Below are positions 18,178 through 28,198 of a DNA stretch of 64,000 nt, piece by piece; positions within the stretch are counted from its first letter, which is position 1; each line of letters opens with the position of its first letter. The stretch comes from Thermoanaerobaculales bacterium. GTDB lineage: Bacteria; Acidobacteriota; Thermoanaerobaculia; Thermoanaerobaculales; Sulfomarinibacteraceae. The notes beneath the pieces are model-generated. The model made no database searches. It was not told the DNA's origin and saw only the letters and a list, made by a program, of their open reading frames with translations. Where the stretch lies: contig JAOZPW010000001.1 of NCBI GenBank assembly GCA_029932545.1, positions 2,006-66,005 of the forward strand. The letters run 5' to 3'. The position numbers and the translations under genes are program-made.

Positions 18178-20295
18178 ATGCGGATTAACTTCCGGTCCTG
18201 GTATCGATTTCGGAAGGAGAACCGCTTTCTCTTAACCGTTTTTTCCATCATGCTTCTCCTGTCGGCTGGGGCTTTTTTTCTCTCCCAGCGAACCCAGGCG
18301 GCGTCCTCTCAGGAGCTGACCAACCGCCTGCTTCTTTTCGTTCTCTGGTATCTCGATGTTTCTTTGATCCTGGTGCTCTCCTTTATTATTGTTCGGAGCT
18401 TGATCAAGCTTCTGCTGGAGCGTCGCGCCGGCATCCTCGGCGCCCGTTTCAGAACGAAGTTGATCTTGACTTACATCGTCCTGACCTTTGTGCCGGTGAT
18501 CTTTATTTTCCTGATTGCCACAAATCTGCTCCAGCACTCAATTGACCGCTGGTTTTCCTCACCCGTTGAAAATATTCTCCGGGGAGGCCGGAACCTCGCA
18601 GTCGAACTTCGGGAGACGATTGAAGACCGGTTGGAACGCCAGGCAGCCATCGCAGCCGCAGAATTGGAAAAAAGACCACGAGACACCTCTCTGGCCGACC
18701 TTCAGCGAGTGATGGCCGTCGATCTTTTGGCCCTCTTCGACGGTGACATTCTGATTGAATCCGTTGCCGATCCCCGGAAAATTCCGGCGCCCGTGCCCGA
18801 GCTTCGATGGTCGGAACTCGAGACTCAAGGGGTTCGCGTCGATCGATGGCGAGGAGGGCTTCTTATCAGGGCGTGGACCCCGATCGGAACGGACAACAAG
18901 CACATGGTTGTCGGGGCAATCCTCCCCAGCAACCTTCTGCTTCACCTTCAAAGGGCAACCGATGCGGACGCCCAGTTTCAAGAAATGAAGGCCCAACAGG
19001 GTACGGTCACGGCCACCACAATTCTGGTCTTCCTTTCGGTGACGCTGCTCCTTCTGTTCTCTACCGTCTGGCTCGGTTTGTATCTCTCAAAGCGATTCAC
19101 CGAACCGCTCCTCGCCGTCGTTGACGCCACTCGGCGGGTGGCCGAAGGCGATGCCCTGGAAGAGGTTGTCGCCCCCGCTTCGGATGAGGTCGAAGTATTG
19201 GTGGACTCCTTCAACGCAATGGTCCGCCGCGTCCGTTCGACCGAGCAGGAGATTATGTCCTCAAACCAGGAACTGGCCACACTGCTTGCGACAATTCCCA
19301 CAGGAGTCCTGACACTGAGCCCGGACAATGTCCAATTTCGGCCCAATGCCGCTGCTGCCGTGATGCTGGGGCATACGCCGTGGCAACGAACCTGGCAACC
19401 TGTCGATATATTGAAGACAACCGGCCTCGAGGAACTGCGCCTGTATCTTGAAAGCCCTGACCACCACCGACAGCGGCTGGAAATCGATCTGACGGTAGGT
19501 GGTGAAACCTGCCGTGTCGAGGTCTCCCGCCGCCCCCTTGCCGGCGGTGGTTCAGTGGTCGCCATGGACGATCTGACCGAGTTGGTGGCGGCACAGCGTC
19601 AGGCGGCATGGAGTGAGGTCGCCCAACGGATCGCCCATGAGATCAAGAACCCCCTGACACCGATCCGATTGGCTGCCGAACGGGTCCAGCGGCGAGTCGC
19701 CGGTCTGGGAGGAGACCTTGAGCACATTCTCTCGTCCAGTTGTGAGGCGATTATCGCCCATGTCTCCGGGCTCCAGGACCTTGTCAACGCCTTTCACCAG
19801 TATGCGCAGATGCCCACAATCACTCCGCAACCATGGTCGATCAACCGTCTGGTCAATGAGACGGCGGCCCTGTATGTGGATTTTCGGCCAGGGTTGGCGA
19901 TTGTCACCGAGTTACCGGAAGAACCTCTCTGGGCCATGGTGGATCCGGTTCCGTTTCGACAAGCTCTGGTCAATCTCATCGACAACGCGGCTGCGGCCAT
20001 CCCGGGACCGGGACGCATCGATATTCGTGCATGGGCCGACGACACCAGTGCCATACTCGAGATCCTCGACAGTGGTTCCGGGCTCCCAACAGAGGATGTG
20101 CGGGTTCTGACCCAACCGTTCTTTTCGACCAAGGGGCGGGGTTCAGGCATGGGCCTGGCCATTGTCGACCGTATCGTCCGGGATCATGACGGTGTGTTTG
20201 AAATTGGAAACCGTGAAGGGCAGGGTTCTCGAGCACGTATTTCTCTCTTTGGCGCTGTCGTCACCCAACCGGACACTGCCCATGAGTCGGACTGA
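18178..20295 (+). CDS. NtrY-like sensor histidine kinase (TM-HAMP-PAS-HisKA-HATPase)
   Basis: 705-aa ORF with N-terminal TM helices, H-box VAQRIAHEIKNPLTPI, N-box LVNLIDNAA, and G-boxes DSGSGL / GRGSGMGLAIV. Confidence 0.85.
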   Translation: MRINFRSWYRFRKENRFLLTVFSIMLLLSAGAFFLSQRTQAASSQELTNRLLLFVLWYLDVSLILVLSFIIVRSLIKLLLERRAGILGARFRTKLILTYIVLTFVPVIFIFLIATNLLQHSIDRWFSSPVENILRGGRNLAVELRETIEDRLERQAAIAAAELEKRPRDTSLADLQRVMAVDLLALFDGDILIESVADPRKIPAPVPELRWSELETQGVRVDRWRGGLLIRAWTPIGTDNKHMVVGAILPSNLLLHLQRATDADAQFQEMKAQQGTVTATTILVFLSVTLLLLFSTVWLGLYLSKRFTEPLLAVVDATRRVAEGDALEEVVAPASDEVEVLVDSFNAMVRRVRSTEQEIMSSNQELATLLATIPTGVLTLSPDNVQFRPNAAAAVMLGHTPWQRTWQPVDILKTTGLEELRLYLESPDHHRQRLEIDLTVGGETCRVEVSRRPLAGGGSVVAMDDLTELVAAQRQAAWSEVAQRIAHEIKNPLTPIRLAAERVQRRVAGLGGDLEHILSSSCEAIIAHVSGLQDLVNAFHQYAQMPTITPQPWSINRLVNETAALYVDFRPGLAIVTELPEEPLWAMVDPVPFRQALVNLIDNAAAAIPGPGRIDIRAWADDTSAILEILDSGSGLPTEDVRVLTQPFFSTKGRGSGMGLAIVDRIVRDHDGVFEIGNREGQGSRARISLFGAVVTQPDTAHESD

Positions 20296-20321
20296 CCGGC
20301 CCACCCTCGAAGGGTTGGGAA

Positions 20322-22526
20322 TTGACCGTATTGAAATCCAGAGATACCATCGAGCCTATGACATATCCAGGCAATCCGGAACTCTCTGCCCAGGCACAAG
20401 AGCGGGTTATGTCCGCGTTTCGCCAAGTGGTCACCAAAATTCAGGATGGTTTGTCCAGTGAGGCCCTGATTGGACTGGAGTTTGTTCTCCGCCTTGATCC
20501 AACATTCGCTCCCGGGGTCGCCCTACAGGAGCAGTTGATCAGTGACCAATCCAACATTGATCTCTCCAACATCATTGCCCATCTTGAATCACCCGATACG
20601 GATACCATCAACCTCTTATTGATAGAAGCTGTCGAAGAGTATAATCAACACAACTACCTCGAGGCTCGGGAGCGTGTCAAAAAGGTTCTGATTGATCTTC
20701 CGGGTCATGCCGAAGCCAGGAACCTGGCCACTCAGATCGACGATGCCATCAAGGTGGAAACTCAGGTTGGACAGTTTCTGACCCAGGCAAAAGAGGCCTT
20801 GGCCGCCAATAGACCACAGGAAGGGGCCAATTTTGTCCTTATGGCCCAGGCTCTCGACCCCCATCACGCCGGAATCGAAGCAACTCTCGCTGAGATTCGT
20901 CGGGCCAGCCCCTCAACTCAGACTCCGGTTGCAGCACACCCGCACGAGGCATCCTCCGAGACACCTGTAGATTTTGGAACGCAGGCAGACGAACAGCCCT
21001 CGACTGATGCCCCTGTTCCTCAAGAGGGTGGGTTTGCCGTCTCCGGTGATTTTGGGATCACTCCTGCCGGTGAGACCGAATCAGACTCGTGGGATGTTGC
21101 CGGCGCCTTCGACGAACCAGCCTCTCAGCCGGACCAGGCCCATGTGCAACCACCCGATCCAGGAGAGTTCGAGCTTGGCGGCAATGTGGCCGATCTCTTC
21201 GAGGTGTCGTCCGACTCCTCAGAAACACCATTGTGGGAAGAATCGGAACCTCCTGCACAGCCACCAACACAAGACACCGACACAGTAGAGGATCTCCTCG
21301 CTCAAGGAACGGCCGCCTTGGAGCTTGGGAAGCCTCAAGACGCCTTGCACCATTTATCAAAAGTCTTCCAGACCGACCCGGAGAATTTGCGGGCGGAGGC
21401 CCTGATCGACAGGGCCCGGTCGGCGATCGACGCCCTGGAACACCAACTCCAGGCCTCGTTGTCCGAAGCGGAGATGGCCTGGGACTCCGGCGAAAAGGAC
21501 CGTGCTCGGTCCGTGATCGAAGAGATTCTGATTGCGGCTCCTGACAACGAGGACGCACAGGTGTTGAAGGCCCGCTTCATTTCAGAGGACTCCGATCCGG
21601 TGTTTTTGCCCTCTCCACCAGTTGACTCGATCGTCCCTCCGACCCCTGAGACCACTACCGCCACTGAAGAAGCCTCCGAGGAATACAGCGCTGCCTTCCA
21701 AGACTTTGACTCGGACCTGGACCTATTGAGTACAGATATTCCATGCAAAGAGACTGTTCCTCCGGTGGGCGGCGAGAGCCGTGTGCCGTGGCGATGGATC
21801 GTCCTCGGCACGGGCGCCATCGCCGTTGTCTTGCTGGGGATGTGGCTGGGTTCACGCTTCTTGCCACAAGGTGGAGAGGATGTCGACACCGCCCGAGCAG
21901 TCTCTGAACGGATCGAAAATGCTCAAGTTCTTTTTGACCAAGGCAAGGGGGAGGAGGCCCTGGATCTTCTTCGGTCATCTGAAGTTGAAGGAATCGATCA
22001 ACAACGAATCGATAAACACATTGCTCGATTCGAGGCGGCGTTGACTCCCCCAACCCCCACACCAATTCCTGAATCTGTAGAAACCGGTCGCTCATTGATG
22101 AATGAGGATCGGTGGCTGATGGCCTTTGAAGTCGTCGAACAGGGCTTGTCCAAACACCCCGGGGATTCCGGTCTTCTGGAACTCAAGGAACAGGTCGCGT
22201 CGATCGAACCTCGTCTCAATGCCCTGTTCAGTGGGTTGTCCAAAGGAGATTTTCAGGGCTGCGCTACCCTTGGGGCAGAGTTGGCTGAGAAGTATCCAAA
22301 CCAAGAGGGTTTTGGTCTGATTCTCGATCGTTGTCTCTTCAATGCGGCTTTGGCCAACCTTCGTTCTTATAATCTCACCGGCGCTCGCGGACACCTGACT
22401 CGTCTGCAGGCTCGGCATCCGGATGACAACGACGTTACCCGGATCCTGGATTTTATCTCGAGTTATTCCAGTCGTCCGGTCGACATGCAGTTGGAAATCT
22501 TTGTTGGAAGCCTGGGTTTCAGATGA
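20322..22526 (+). CDS. TPR-repeat protein with acidic low-complexity linker and one TM segment
   Basis: 734-aa ORF with TPR-like helices at both ends, a Pro/Glu/Asp-rich centre, and the hydrophobic stretch WRWIVLGTGAIAVVLLGMWLG. The start is uncertain (20322 or 20358). Confidence 0.6.
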   Translation: MTVLKSRDTIEPMTYPGNPELSAQAQERVMSAFRQVVTKIQDGLSSEALIGLEFVLRLDPTFAPGVALQEQLISDQSNIDLSNIIAHLESPDTDTINLLLIEAVEEYNQHNYLEARERVKKVLIDLPGHAEARNLATQIDDAIKVETQVGQFLTQAKEALAANRPQEGANFVLMAQALDPHHAGIEATLAEIRRASPSTQTPVAAHPHEASSETPVDFGTQADEQPSTDAPVPQEGGFAVSGDFGITPAGETESDSWDVAGAFDEPASQPDQAHVQPPDPGEFELGGNVADLFEVSSDSSETPLWEESEPPAQPPTQDTDTVEDLLAQGTAALELGKPQDALHHLSKVFQTDPENLRAEALIDRARSAIDALEHQLQASLSEAEMAWDSGEKDRARSVIEEILIAAPDNEDAQVLKARFISEDSDPVFLPSPPVDSIVPPTPETTTATEEASEEYSAAFQDFDSDLDLLSTDIPCKETVPPVGGESRVPWRWIVLGTGAIAVVLLGMWLGSRFLPQGGEDVDTARAVSERIENAQVLFDQGKGEEALDLLRSSEVEGIDQQRIDKHIARFEAALTPPTPTPIPESVETGRSLMNEDRWLMAFEVVEQGLSKHPGDSGLLELKEQVASIEPRLNALFSGLSKGDFQGCATLGAELAEKYPNQEGFGLILDRCLFNAALANLRSYNLTGARGHLTRLQARHPDDNDVTRILDFISSYSSRPVDMQLEIFVGSLGFR

Positions 22527-23020
22527 GCACCTCCGACTCAAACCATCCTTTGAGGAGCTGGGACCGGTTGTCCGATATCGATGTTGAAAACATCGAATCG
22601 GAAACGACCGACCCCTCCGTCATCAGCCCGGCACTGGCCGACACCGTGCCACGGAGTGCTCGATTGGGCGCAGCCTGGGCCGATTTGGTCGTTGTCGGCG
22701 CCCTGACGACGTCGATGATCGGCGCTGTCATCGTGTCGGGTTACCCCTTGAGTATTCGGGCCCTCCCCTGGGCCGTTATCGTTGCACTGATCGGTTGGGG
22801 CGCGGCCTGTGGCGTCGTCCTTCGCGTTCGGCGAGGTACTCTGGGAATGATGATGGCTGGATTCGTATTCACTGAAGAGGTTGCCGGCCGTCGTCTGGGC
22901 TGGACTGTTGCCGCCGCTGCATTCAGTGCTCTTCTCCTCGGCCTCCCGGTCCTCCCTGGGGGCTCGGCCACATCACTGTTGTCGGTTGCTTCCGGATCCT
23001 CCATCGCTCCCAATCCGTAA
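22523..23020 (+). CDS. RDD-family-like membrane protein
   Basis: 165-aa ORF overlapping the upstream stop, with ARLGAAWADLVVVG followed by three hydrophobic segments. Confidence 0.5.
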   Translation: MSTSDSNHPLRSWDRLSDIDVENIESETTDPSVISPALADTVPRSARLGAAWADLVVVGALTTSMIGAVIVSGYPLSIRALPWAVIVALIGWGAACGVVLRVRRGTLGMMMAGFVFTEEVAGRRLGWTVAAAAFSALLLGLPVLPGGSATSLLSVASGSSIAPNP

Positions 23021-23028
23021 GAAGCCTG

Positions 23029-23793
23029 ATGTCTGAGTTTGTTCTGTCGGTTGTCATCCCAGCTTATAACGAAGCCGATCGTCTACCGAAGACACTCGAG
23101 AGCATTGACCTTTTTCTCCTTGAGGCCGAGGACCTCGGGCCGGCCGAGATCATCATCGTGGATGACGGGTCTAAAGACCGAACATCAGAGGTTGGCAATG
23201 CCTTCCAATCCTTCGGAAATACCGTCGTGCGGGTTTTTCGCCACCAAAAGAACCAGGGGAAAGGCGCTGCCGTCCGAACGGGATTCGAACATTCGAAGGG
23301 ACGGCAAGTCCTCCTGTCGGACGCGGACCTTGCCGCTCCGATTGCAGGACTTCGTCGTATGACTCCGGCATACGGTGACTCGACCGTGGTCGTGGGGAGT
23401 CGAGCAGTGGACCGTGCCCTGCTCTTTGATCCTCAACCCCTCTATCGGGACCTGATGGGTCGCGCCTTCAATCTGATGGTCCGGGCTCTTCTGCTCCCGG
23501 GGATATTTGACACACAGTGCGGCTTCAAACTCTTCCCTGGAGGGCTTGCTCGGTCGTTGGCAATGGTCCAACGGACTGATGGTTTTGCTTATGACGTTGA
23601 GTTGTTGGCATTATCCTTGTCCTGGGGTTACAGCATCGTCGAAGTAGGCGTGCCCTGGGGCCATGTTGAGGCCTCCCGAGTACAGCCGGGGAGGCATAGC
23701 GCCCAGATGTTCCGAGATCTCCTAAGAATTTCCCTTCGGCGTTGGTCCCTCGGACTTCCACGTGAGCCGCATGAAGGGGTCTCCCTTGGCTGA
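23029..23793 (+). CDS. family 2 glycosyltransferase (dolichyl/polyprenyl-phosphate glycosyltransferase-like)
   Basis: 254-aa ORF with LSVVIPAYNEADRL, IIIVDDGSKD and LLSDADL motifs. Confidence 0.8.
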   Translation: MSEFVLSVVIPAYNEADRLPKTLESIDLFLLEAEDLGPAEIIIVDDGSKDRTSEVGNAFQSFGNTVVRVFRHQKNQGKGAAVRTGFEHSKGRQVLLSDADLAAPIAGLRRMTPAYGDSTVVVGSRAVDRALLFDPQPLYRDLMGRAFNLMVRALLLPGIFDTQCGFKLFPGGLARSLAMVQRTDGFAYDVELLALSLSWGYSIVEVGVPWGHVEASRVQPGRHSAQMFRDLLRISLRRWSLGLPREPHEGVSLG

Positions 23794-24691
23794 TGCCTGG
23801 TTAAACACGGCCTTTCTTGAGCACCTTGAATGGGAGAGAAATCTGTCACCAGCCACCCTGAAGGCCTACCGCCGAGAGATTGCCAGGGCCGTGGGATTTT
23901 TCTCCAGCGACCTCGGTCTGAAGGACCCGTCGGGGGTCACCCCGGCATCCGTGCGCTCTTTCTTGGCTCATCTCCATGGCCTTGGGCTCAGCCCTCGATC
24001 CACCGAGCGAGCTCTGGCTGCCATAAGAACCTATTTCCGGTTTCTTGTGGTCGAGAATATTCTTTCGGCCAACCCGGCAGACACCGTGGTGCATCCTCAA
24101 CGCCGGCGCCGAGCCCCTCCAGTAACTCCATTGGCCGTCATCGAGGATCTCCTGGAATCCTTTCCGCCAACCCCCGCCGGAATCAGGGATCGCACCCTGG
24201 TGGAGTTTCTCTACGGATCAGGACTCCGGGTCGGGGAACTGGTCGGTCTGGATCTCACCGATCTGCAACTCAAAGCGCGTCTCGTCCGCGTCCGAGGTAA
24301 AGGACGCAAGGAACGTATCGTGCCCTACGGTACCCAGGCCGCAGCTGCACTGAGCACCTACCTCCCCGTCAGGGCTCAGTGGAAACAGGGCGCCACGCTC
24401 TCCACCGAAGCCCTTTTCCTCAACCAACGCGGGGGACGCCTGACTGACCGGTCCGTGCGGAGAATTCTCGCGGCTGCTGTCCTCAAGACCGCGACCCAAC
24501 ACCAAGTGCATCCTCACGCCCTTCGGCACGCTTTTGCTACTCACCTTCTCGAGGCGGGAATGGACCTCCGGGCCATCCAGGAACTCCTGGGCCACGCATC
24601 GTTGGCAACCACCCAGATCTATACAACCGTCGACCTGGCGCACTTGATGACCGTGCATCGCAAGAGTCATCCGAGGTCCCGGAGGAAGTAG
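23762..24691 (+). CDS. tyrosine recombinase XerC/XerD family
   Basis: 309-aa ORF: SPATLKAYRREI, GLRVGELVGLDLTDL, HALRHAFATHLLEAG, LLGHASLATTQIYTHV-like (QIYTTV). Confidence 0.85.
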   Translation: MSRMKGSPLADAWLNTAFLEHLEWERNLSPATLKAYRREIARAVGFFSSDLGLKDPSGVTPASVRSFLAHLHGLGLSPRSTERALAAIRTYFRFLVVENILSANPADTVVHPQRRRRAPPVTPLAVIEDLLESFPPTPAGIRDRTLVEFLYGSGLRVGELVGLDLTDLQLKARLVRVRGKGRKERIVPYGTQAAAALSTYLPVRAQWKQGATLSTEALFLNQRGGRLTDRSVRRILAAAVLKTATQHQVHPHALRHAFATHLLEAGMDLRAIQELLGHASLATTQIYTTVDLAHLMTVHRKSHPRSRRK

Positions 24692-24951
24692 GGACATCGC
24701 GCATTGCCCAAAGGGCAATCACGGCGAAGCCGTGGAGATCGCGAAGCGATCCGCGTGGGCAAAGGACCCGCGCCCAGCCCGAAGGGCTGCCGAGCCGAGA
24801 GGCTCGGACCCGCGAAGCGGGTGGCGTGGGCAGAGGACATCGCGCATTGCCCGAAGGGCAATCACTGCTGTAGAGGCACGGCGTGCCGTGCCCGGGCTTT
24901 TTGGGTTGGCTCTGGTTGTTGAAACACGGGCACGGCACGCCGTGCCCCTAC
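24692..24951. repeat. array of nine abutting GC-rich hairpins including a duplicated 31-bp unit
   Basis: The 31-bp unit GGACATCGCGCATTGCCCRAAGGGCAATCAC occurs at 24692..24722 and 24835..24865. Stem-loops with GAA/AAA/GAGA loops are at 24703-19, 24720-34, 24737-51, 24753-73, 24775-89, 24790-807, 24808-22 and 24846-62. A 25-bp stem (24870..24894 / 24927..24951, one mismatch) follows. Confidence 0.8.
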
Positions 24952-26294
24952 ACACCCCACCCACCAATCAACTCCAGCGCTCTTTCGGCCTGAGCTGCCC
25001 TCCGTTCCCTCTTGGACCGGATTCGTCTCAGGTCTTCGGGGCACCGAAGGAGACCCCATGTAATGTTCGACGGTTGAAAACCTGCCGCCGGCCGCTCCGT
25101 CAAATGGCGTATGAGACCTCCCATGGCCGTTTCCGCAGGAGGCGCCTGGGGAGACTCTCCCTTGAATTCCGACGCGAGGGTTCTTCCCGCCATCAGACCT
25201 GTTGCGGCCGATTCAACATAGCCTTCGACGCCGGTCATCTGGCCGGCGACACGGATGGCCGGCTTTTGTACCAGGCGAAGCAGGGGATCGATGTGGGCCG
25301 GGGCGTTGATATAGGTGTTGCGGTGCACCATGCCAAACCGAGCAAACCGGGCCTCTTCAAGGCCGGGAATCATACGAAGGACCCTCTTCTGCTCGATCTG
25401 CTTCAGTTTGGTCTGAAATCCTACCAAATTCCAATGGTCCGCGGCCAAATCGTCCTGCCGGAGCTGAACAACGGCCCAGGGACGTATACCGGTATTGGGG
25501 TCGATCAAGCCGACCGGCTTCATCGGCCCGAACCGCAGGGTGTCCCGACCTCGTTCGGCCATCACCTCGATCGGCAAACACCCCTCGAAGAACGAGATAT
25601 CCTCCTGTTCGAATTGTTTGAAATCGACCCTCTCTGCAGCCAAAAGTTGGTCAATGAAGGCCTCATACTGCTCTCGGTTCAACGGGGCGTTGAGATAGTC
25701 AGCCCCGTCTCCCTTGTCGTATCGGGAAGCCCTGAAGAGCCGGTCGTGAACCAGTGAATCTGCCGCAACGACCGGTGCCACGGCATCAAAGAAACTCAAG
25801 GCCTCCTCCCCCAACAGCGATTGCAAAGTGGCGTGAAGGCCTGGAGATGTCAGAGGTCCGGTAGAGATAATTGCCGGTCCTTGGGGAAGGTCGAGAACCT
25901 CCATTCGCTCAATCGTTATCAACGGGTGGGAGGAAATCCTCTCGCCCACCCTCTCGGAAAAGAGTGTTCTGTCGACAGCCAGGGCACCCCCAGCCGGAAG
26001 GGCGGTTTCCCGGGCACTCTTGATGATCAGTGATCCCAGACACTCCATTTCTCTCTTGAGCAACCCCACCGCGTTGCCCGGCGAGTCTCCTCGCAGGGAG
26101 TTTGAGCAGACCAGTTCGGCAAAACCATCCGTCGTGTGGACCGGCGTTGTGCGTGTTGGTCTCATTTCAAACAGGCACACAGGCAGACCCGCCTCGGCCA
26201 ACTGCCACGCAGCTTCGCAGCCCGCCAGGCCCGCACCGACAACAGGAATCGCGGCTTCGCCGGCCCTCTTTTCCCTTTCTGAAACCTCAATCAT
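24948..26294 (-). CDS. trmFO: methylenetetrahydrofolate--tRNA-(uracil-5-)-methyltransferase TrmFO
   Basis: 448-aa ORF with FAD-binding VVGAGLAGCEAAWQLA and typical TrmFO/Gid length and motifs. Confidence 0.9.
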   Translation of the reverse strand: MIEVSEREKRAGEAAIPVVGAGLAGCEAAWQLAEAGLPVCLFEMRPTRTTPVHTTDGFAELVCSNSLRGDSPGNAVGLLKREMECLGSLIIKSARETALPAGGALAVDRTLFSERVGERISSHPLITIERMEVLDLPQGPAIISTGPLTSPGLHATLQSLLGEEALSFFDAVAPVVAADSLVHDRLFRASRYDKGDGADYLNAPLNREQYEAFIDQLLAAERVDFKQFEQEDISFFEGCLPIEVMAERGRDTLRFGPMKPVGLIDPNTGIRPWAVVQLRQDDLAADHWNLVGFQTKLKQIEQKRVLRMIPGLEEARFARFGMVHRNTYINAPAHIDPLLRLVQKPAIRVAGQMTGVEGYVESAATGLMAGRTLASEFKGESPQAPPAETAMGGLIRHLTERPAAGFQPSNITWGLLRCPEDLRRIRSKRERRAAQAERALELIGGWGV

Positions 26295-27322
26295 CTCCGC
26301 CTCCGAATCAGTCCGTCCGGACCACGTTCAACGAGACCTTGTATTTCCATCTCGACGATTTTCGCTTGAACCAAATCCACGCTCTGTCCCATCCTCTCGC
26401 CCAGTTGATCCACGGAAACGGCTTCGCCAAACTCCAGGAACATCACCTCCGGGTCAATGTTCGGCATGCTGTCGGCCTCGAGACCCAAAGCATCGAGAAG
26501 ATCTTTTGGGCAGGTCACCGGTTGGGCCCCGGCCCGCAACAGACCGTTGGGTCCCACCGAGACCTCGGAGAAGATGCTTCCGGGCACGGCCATGACATCT
26601 CGGCCTTCATCCAGGGCCTGTCGGGCCGTACTAAGAGCCCCGGAACGGGCGGCGGCCTCGACTACAACAACGATCGAAGCCAATCCGGCAACAATCCGGT
26701 TTCTTTCGGGAAAGTGGTGCCGCCGTGGAGGCGACCCAGGTAGATACTCGGTCAAAAGAGCGCCGGTCTCGGCAATTTGATCTGCCAGGCGGGCGTGTTC
26801 GGGCGGGTAGATCCTGTCCGGTCCGCATCCCCAGACCGCCCATGTTGTTCCTCCAACACTGAGTGCACCCTCGTGAGCCGCGGCATCCACACCTCGTGCC
26901 ATACCGGAGATAATTGTGCCGCCGGCCCGGCCGACACTTTCAGCCAAAAACCTCGAAGCTTGAATGCCATAGGGTGTCGCCCGACGAGACCCCACGATCG
27001 CAACCGACGGTCCACCACCCAATAGCCCTTTGACAAAAAGGCCCAATGGGGGGTCCGCCGTGTGGTTCAGGCCTCCAGGGTAGTCAGGCGCCTCAGAACT
27101 CATCCACCGCCACCCGGCCCGGGAGACTCGCTCCAGAAGCTGGGGAACTGCCGACTCTTGGGTCATCCGGGCAGCATCCAGTATCGCCTTGGGCACTTTG
27201 CCGTCCAGAACATCGGCCAAGTCCTCGGCTGGGTCCCCAGCCTCGGCAACGATCCTGCGGACCTTGGCGCCCCCTCCGGCCATCAAGAGCCCCAATCGCG
27301 AAATCATCCCACATTTTCCCAT
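26291..27322 (-). CDS. dprA: DNA processing protein DprA
   Basis: ORF 26291..27388, start placed at ATG 27322 (27307 is also possible). Rossmann-like core VAIVGSRRATPYG...SGMARGVDAAAH...VVVVEAAARSGAL. Confidence 0.85.
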   Translation of the reverse strand: MGKCGMISRLGLLMAGGGAKVRRIVAEAGDPAEDLADVLDGKVPKAILDAARMTQESAVPQLLERVSRAGWRWMSSEAPDYPGGLNHTADPPLGLFVKGLLGGGPSVAIVGSRRATPYGIQASRFLAESVGRAGGTIISGMARGVDAAAHEGALSVGGTTWAVWGCGPDRIYPPEHARLADQIAETGALLTEYLPGSPPRRHHFPERNRIVAGLASIVVVVEAAARSGALSTARQALDEGRDVMAVPGSIFSEVSVGPNGLLRAGAQPVTCPKDLLDALGLEADSMPNIDPEVMFLEFGEAVSVDQLGERMGQSVDLVQAKIVEMEIQGLVERGPDGLIRRRR

Positions 27323-27367
27323 CAGCCCCTCCGTCACGAACTTCCCAATCCTAAGAGATCCGAACCC

Positions 27368-28198
27368 ATGGTGAGAAATTCGGGGCAAAAGATTCGTCTT
27401 GCAGGGTATACTGGATCGGTGAAATTTAAGGTCCTTGGTTGTTTTGGTGGTGACGATCCTTCCTGTCGAATGACCTCCTTTTTAATCAATGACACCGTGG
27501 CAATTGATGCGGGAGCCATCACACGGGCACTCGAAATCGAACAGCAACGACGGATTCGGCATGTGGTTATCACCCACACCCATAGCGACCACACGGCCAC
27601 CCTCCCCTTCCTGATTGAAAATATTTTTGGCTTCGATGATGACGCCGTGACCATTTATTCGACCCGGCGCGTCCTGGCAAATGTCAAGCGCCACCTTTTC
27701 AATAACGATACATGGCCGGATTTTAGTCGCATACCCAACCATCTCTACCCCTCGGTACGTTTTGTTGAAATCACCGCCGGTGAACCATTCACAATTGGCG
27801 GCGTAGAGGGGGGAGATCTGGAGATCACACCGATTCCGGTCAATCACATCGTGCCGACCGTCGGTTTATTGATCCGACAAGCTCAGTCTTCGATTGGCTT
27901 CACATCCGATACCGGTCCGACCGAGGAATTCTGGGAGCGGGCCAACCGGACCGAAAATTTAGAGGCGGTCATCACAGAATGTTCTTTTCCAAACCGGCTT
28001 CAGGCCATTGCGGACATCAGCCTTCATTTAACACCAGGCACCCTTGCGGAGGAGTTGAAAAAACTCAACACCGGGCCCCTTGTGCGCCTCTACCACCTTA
28101 AGCCACCGTATCTCGATGAAATCAGGGCGGAGTTGCAAACCACGCCGTTTTCACATCCAGTCGAGGAGCTGGAGCAGGACCGGGTCTACGATTTCTGA
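27368..28198 (+). CDS. MBL-fold hydrolase, class II 3',5'-cyclic-nucleotide phosphodiesterase-like
   Basis: ORF 27062..28198 trimmed to ATG 27368, since the upstream part is antisense to dprA. VLGCFGG, metal motif ITHTHSDH, and C-terminal LYHLKP. Confidence 0.7.
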   Translation: MVRNSGQKIRLAGYTGSVKFKVLGCFGGDDPSCRMTSFLINDTVAIDAGAITRALEIEQQRRIRHVVITHTHSDHTATLPFLIENIFGFDDDAVTIYSTRRVLANVKRHLFNNDTWPDFSRIPNHLYPSVRFVEITAGEPFTIGGVEGGDLEITPIPVNHIVPTVGLLIRQAQSSIGFTSDTGPTEEFWERANRTENLEAVITECSFPNRLQAIADISLHLTPGTLAEELKKLNTGPLVRLYHLKPPYLDEIRAELQTTPFSHPVEELEQDRVYDF

